Shown in pieces: positions 60,395-64,000 of a stretch of DNA of 64,000 nt. The DNA is taken from NCBI GenBank assembly GCA_020536535.1, contig JAHLWZ010000682.1, positions 36,899-100,898 of the forward strand, written 5' to 3'. Position 1 is the first letter of the stretch. Each line of letters begins with the position of its first letter. Position numbers and translations under genes: made by a program. Origin of the DNA: Pelomyxa schiedti (Eukaryota; Protista; Evosea). The notes under the pieces were generated by a model that saw only the letters and a list, made by a program, of their open reading frames with translations, was not told the origin of the DNA and made no database searches.

Positions 60395-61410
60395 GAAGGC
60401 TCTTCCCCATGCTCTTGGTTTTTTTTACTACTGAGGTTGTCATTCTATCAGAGACACTTGTGCCACCATGAACAAATGAAGGCAGGTTATTTGATGCTGT
60501 CTTGAAGCACACAGCTTTTTCCAGTATGCTTAAAGAATGTGTGGATCTCATCCAAAGGACCTGTGGTTGTGCACTCCCTCCTGAAAACATTGACCTAACA
60601 TTTTATCTTATTTTCTTTTTCTCTGACAACATCAGCATTGTTGACATCGGGTATCGGCGATAAAGGATACGATAATAGATGCGACTTTAAAGAAGGTGAA
60701 TGTTGTGTGTGTTGCTCACACTTATGAGCCTGCACATGGAAGGTGTAATTCAGTGTGGAAGGTTCAAGTCATGCTTCTCCAGGTGCATGTATGTGCAAAT
60801 AGGCTGAGGTGCAGTTGGTGGATGTCTGGCAAACTTCTCAATGTGGGAGGAAGTGGCTTAGGGGTTAGTCCAACTGTGGGCACTGTAAAAAAAAAAAAAA
60901 GCATGTTTACATTTGTGATTTTGTCTATGAGCAATTAAAAAAGCTTGCAATTTGTAAAAATGCCAAACCCAAATGCAACAACAGGAGATCTCTGTCAATT
61001 TTCCTCAATCTGTGCATTCCACAGTTATTGCTAATCACAAGTTTGGAACAACCAATGTCTCAACAGCCTCTGGATCCATGGCACAGCCTCAGAATGTTTA
61101 TTACACAGTTAACCAATGTTTCTGCCCTGTCTTCCATTGTTCCCTCACAGGCTCTTCAGCATCACCCACAGTGTCATCCTCCTGCTCTTCCTCCTCCACC
61201 TGCACTTCCTCAGTTTTTGGTTTGGGCACTCACCACCAGCGAAGCCACTGAATATTTTTTTTGTAGGATGGGATGTGCCCAGGCACCAACAACAGAAAAT
61301 AATAAGAAAAGACCTTTTTGCCTGCCTTTGGGGGTTGTGACCACACCCCAAGTGCTGGTTTTTCACATGGTTTTGACTGGATCTCCACCCACTGATCCAG
61401 AAAAACAAAG
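60395..61410 (-). pseudogene. Possible decayed gene relic
   Basis: Protein-like fragments (VPKPKTEEVQVEEEEQEDD) interrupted by stops, intron-like T-rich segments, and near absence of CpG. Confidence 0.3.
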
Positions 61411-61417
61411 ACTCTGT

Positions 61418-63964
61418 TCACAGAGCCACGTTGTCAAAGATGAAGAAGTCATGCTCTGTAGAAGAGGGCTGCTGGTCAACGACGAGGAGCTGGTTTGTTG
61501 ACGAGATCCACGATGTCAGCAGCACGGAGGTGCCGGAAGTCGGGAGTGTGTTTCTGTAAGTGCCATCATAAACACCAGTTGTGGTGTCATACACCCCATC
61601 GATCTCCCTGCTGTTGTGTGCCCTTCCAAAGTAGAACTTCCCACACACAACAAATGCAAAGCCTGTCTTCCTCTTGACACGTGGCACCACCCATGTCTGC
61701 AAGATCGCGAGGGAGTCGGGGTCCACCCTCGTGATGTGTATGTTGCCCTTGTTGGGTGGTGCATGCACCACAAACAGCACGCCCCCAGTGTCGACATGCC
61801 AGCAAATGTCCGTGTATCCACACCAGTTCCATGACGATTGGTCTGCGACACCGGCGTTGGGGAGTGGTGCAGTTGCCACTGTCGATCCATCACTCACACG
61901 CACCTTGGTCATGGTGGCGGCGACGCAAGGGTTGCAGTACACGTGGCCGTTGTGCACTGCCTGGTAGGTGCCGCCGGGGTTGTAGGGCAAGTCCTTGAGT
62001 GTGAATTGTCTTGGGTTGGTGTTGCTGATGAAGCTGGTCATGCTTTTGAATTCTGAGAGTTCCTGACGAAAGTAGGTGGAATCCCAGTACACTTTCCCGG
62101 TTGCGTTGTCAACAAACACCCTGAGTGCCTGGCGAGGTGTGATGGAGGGCACCACTGACGTGCCAAGCTGTTTGAGCGTCCTCGCCGTCGTTGTTGTGGG
62201 TGTTGTTGTCTTTGTTGTCACTGACATCAGTGAACTCGATGCTGAATTGTGAACAAGTTTTCCCAGCGAAGAGACTGCACCACAAACAGCAGCTGATTCA
62301 CACTCAAGGCTCACCTTTGGGTTGTTGTCATCAGACACGGTTTTTTTGGGGGATGAACGTTTTTAAAGAATTTCATTGCCAAACATGCCTTCAGTTTCTG
62401 TGGAGTTGCAAGATCATCACGGGATTTGCATGCATTCTCAATCTGTGCTGTGAGCGCTTGATTCACTGAAACAACCTCAACATCAGAGAACAGTGTCATT
62501 GCTTGATGTGCATATCCCTGTGCCTCTTGTGCGATCTTCAACCTCCGATCACATCCCTCGATGTGCTCTTGGAACGTCTTCAGAGTTATTTTTTTTTTGT
62601 TTTTTTGTTTTTTGGTGTCAGTGAAATTGAGAAAAAGGGCAAGTCTTGCCTTATTGGCGGCTTCATTGATTGTTTTCAGTTCAGAGAGCAGTTGTGCCTC
62701 TCTGGCATTGACGGCAGCAACGATCTTGGCAAATTCGGATCTTATATCTGCCCCGATTTTCTCTGTGGCTGCTTGTGCATTTTTGCGACACTCCTTTTTG
62801 TTTTTTTTTGGTTTTAATACCGATATCGTTTACTTGAACAGGGTTGATTGGGCTTCGCACAATTGCCGTGATTTTGGAATTTGTGACTTGCTCCAAGTGC
62901 GACGCCAAATTGGAACAGCTCGAGGCAATCTTCTCCTTGAACTTGGAGCTCAGGTCGGTGACAAAAACCAAGTCGTGGTTCTTGTGCTCAATCAGCCTGA
63001 TGATAAATTTTGGTTTTTTTTCAAAAAGATCGAAAGAGAGNNNNNNNNNNNNNNNNNNNNNNNNNNNNNNNNNNNNNNNNNNNNNNNNNNNNNNNNNNNN
63101 NNNNNNNNNNNNNNNNNNNNNNNNNNNNNNNNNNNNNNNNTCGAGGCAATCTTCTCCTTGAACTTGGAGCTCAGGTCGGTGACAAAAACCAAGTCGTGGT
63201 TCTTGTGCTCAATCAGCCTGATGATAAATTTTGGTTTTTTTTCAAAAAGATCGAAAGAGAGAGAGAGAGGCACGCACGCGCAGTCACGACAGATCAGTGC
63301 CTTGTCGGTATCGCAGTAAAGCTCCAGCTCCTTCTGTGTGTGCTTGGAACAAAGCGGTTGTTTGTGAACTATTGGTGCAGTTGCTTGGCTTCTGAGTTGG
63401 TCGACAGATACAACCTGCGTCGGCGTGAATTTGGTCATTTGGAGGGTGCGGGACCGCCGCAACGAGTGATGGGACTGGTTTGGTTTGGTTACCTTGTGCG
63501 AGGCGGTCTTGCGCGAGCGCGAGTGGTGTGCCTTGTCGTCGTCACACAAGAACATGCCGCACGACGCGCACCACCACGGGGCCTCGTGCCCCCCGCAGTC
63601 CTCGCACTCGGGCGGCGGCACGCCCGTCGCGGTGGTGCCTGGTGGTGGTGACCCACCAACAACAACAACAAGCGGGACCATCCCCAGCAGGCTGCTCTTC
63701 CAAACGTCGACGCTGAACCCTCCGCTGGGAACAGATGCCTGGAGTGTTGTGTTTGTTGTGTTGTGTTGTGTTGAGTTGTTGGTTGGAATGGTAGAATTCA
63801 AGGCAAGGCGGGGGGGGAGTGACACGGTACGGACCTGCGAGTGGCACGCCGGGCACCGAACAGTCGATGGAGAGGAGGACGCGGAGGCCTTGGAATTCGG
63901 GGACGCACCTGGTGCGCATTTTGGGATGCACTCGAGACACAACGTGTGCAAGCATGGAAGCAAC
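61418..63964 (-). CDS. TRIM-like E3 ligase (RING, B-box1, B-box2, coiled coil) with C-terminal olfactomedin domain; 5' end off-window
   Basis: LPCLHTLCLEC...CPAC; CEDC...WCASCGMFLC...H...H; CSKH...YCDTD...ICRDC...HKNH; OLF: LPNAG...WCGYTDICWHVD...GNIHITRVDPDSLAILQTW...FAFVVCGKFY...YDTTT. Confidence 0.88.
62920..63261. other. Scaffold gap (100 N) flanked by an identical ~120-bp overlap; probably an unmerged contig join
   Basis: 62920-63040 matches 63141-63261, and the overlap ends in a (GA)n microsatellite. Confidence 0.9.
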
Positions 63965-64000
63965 CTGTGTGGGTGTCATCACGTCAACGGCGAGGGGAAC

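Noticed and set aside
61225-61235. In-frame TGA in WLRWW*VPKP as selenocysteine or readthrough
   Set aside because: The surrounding region has many other stops, no SECIS was seen, and intact genes here use TGA as a stop.
62920-63261. Apparent tandem duplication of a TRIM exon around the N run
   Set aside because: An identical overlap either side of a 100-N gap ending in a GA microsatellite is typical of an unmerged scaffold join.

Overview
Gene-dense, intron-rich eukaryotic DNA; introns are mostly about 35-70 nt. An Entamoeba-type transmembrane kinase, a TipA-like phosphatase domain, a GxcC-like RhoGEF and the gene style suggest an amoebozoan, probably an archamoeba such as Pelomyxa (inference, not verified). 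About 15 protein genes can be spliced by hand. From left to right: a PH-EF-pseudoPLC-C2-PP2C-like fusion (3' end off-window), an MFS transporter, a THUMP methyltransferase, a weak hypothetical gene, a DUF4282-like membrane protein, cis-prenyltransferase, a giant USP9/24/34-type deubiquitinase, VPS13, EIPR1/TSSC1, NUP93, an ARM-DH-PH RhoGEF and an EGF/CUB receptor kinase. From about 53 kb there is an accessory block: an intronless orphan, a PINK1-like kinase fused to a Rab-like GTPase, an ankyrin remnant, a GATase1/BPL_N-thioesterase fusion, a CpG-eroded relic, and a RING-Bbox-Bbox-coiled-coil (TRIM-like) protein ending in an olfactomedin domain (5' end off-window). The most notable observations are the four chimeric proteins, a ~230-nt rod-like structured element at 10.5-10.8 kb, and a sharp CpG mosaic. 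All gene models are manual; exon boundaries are approximate and no database search was run.
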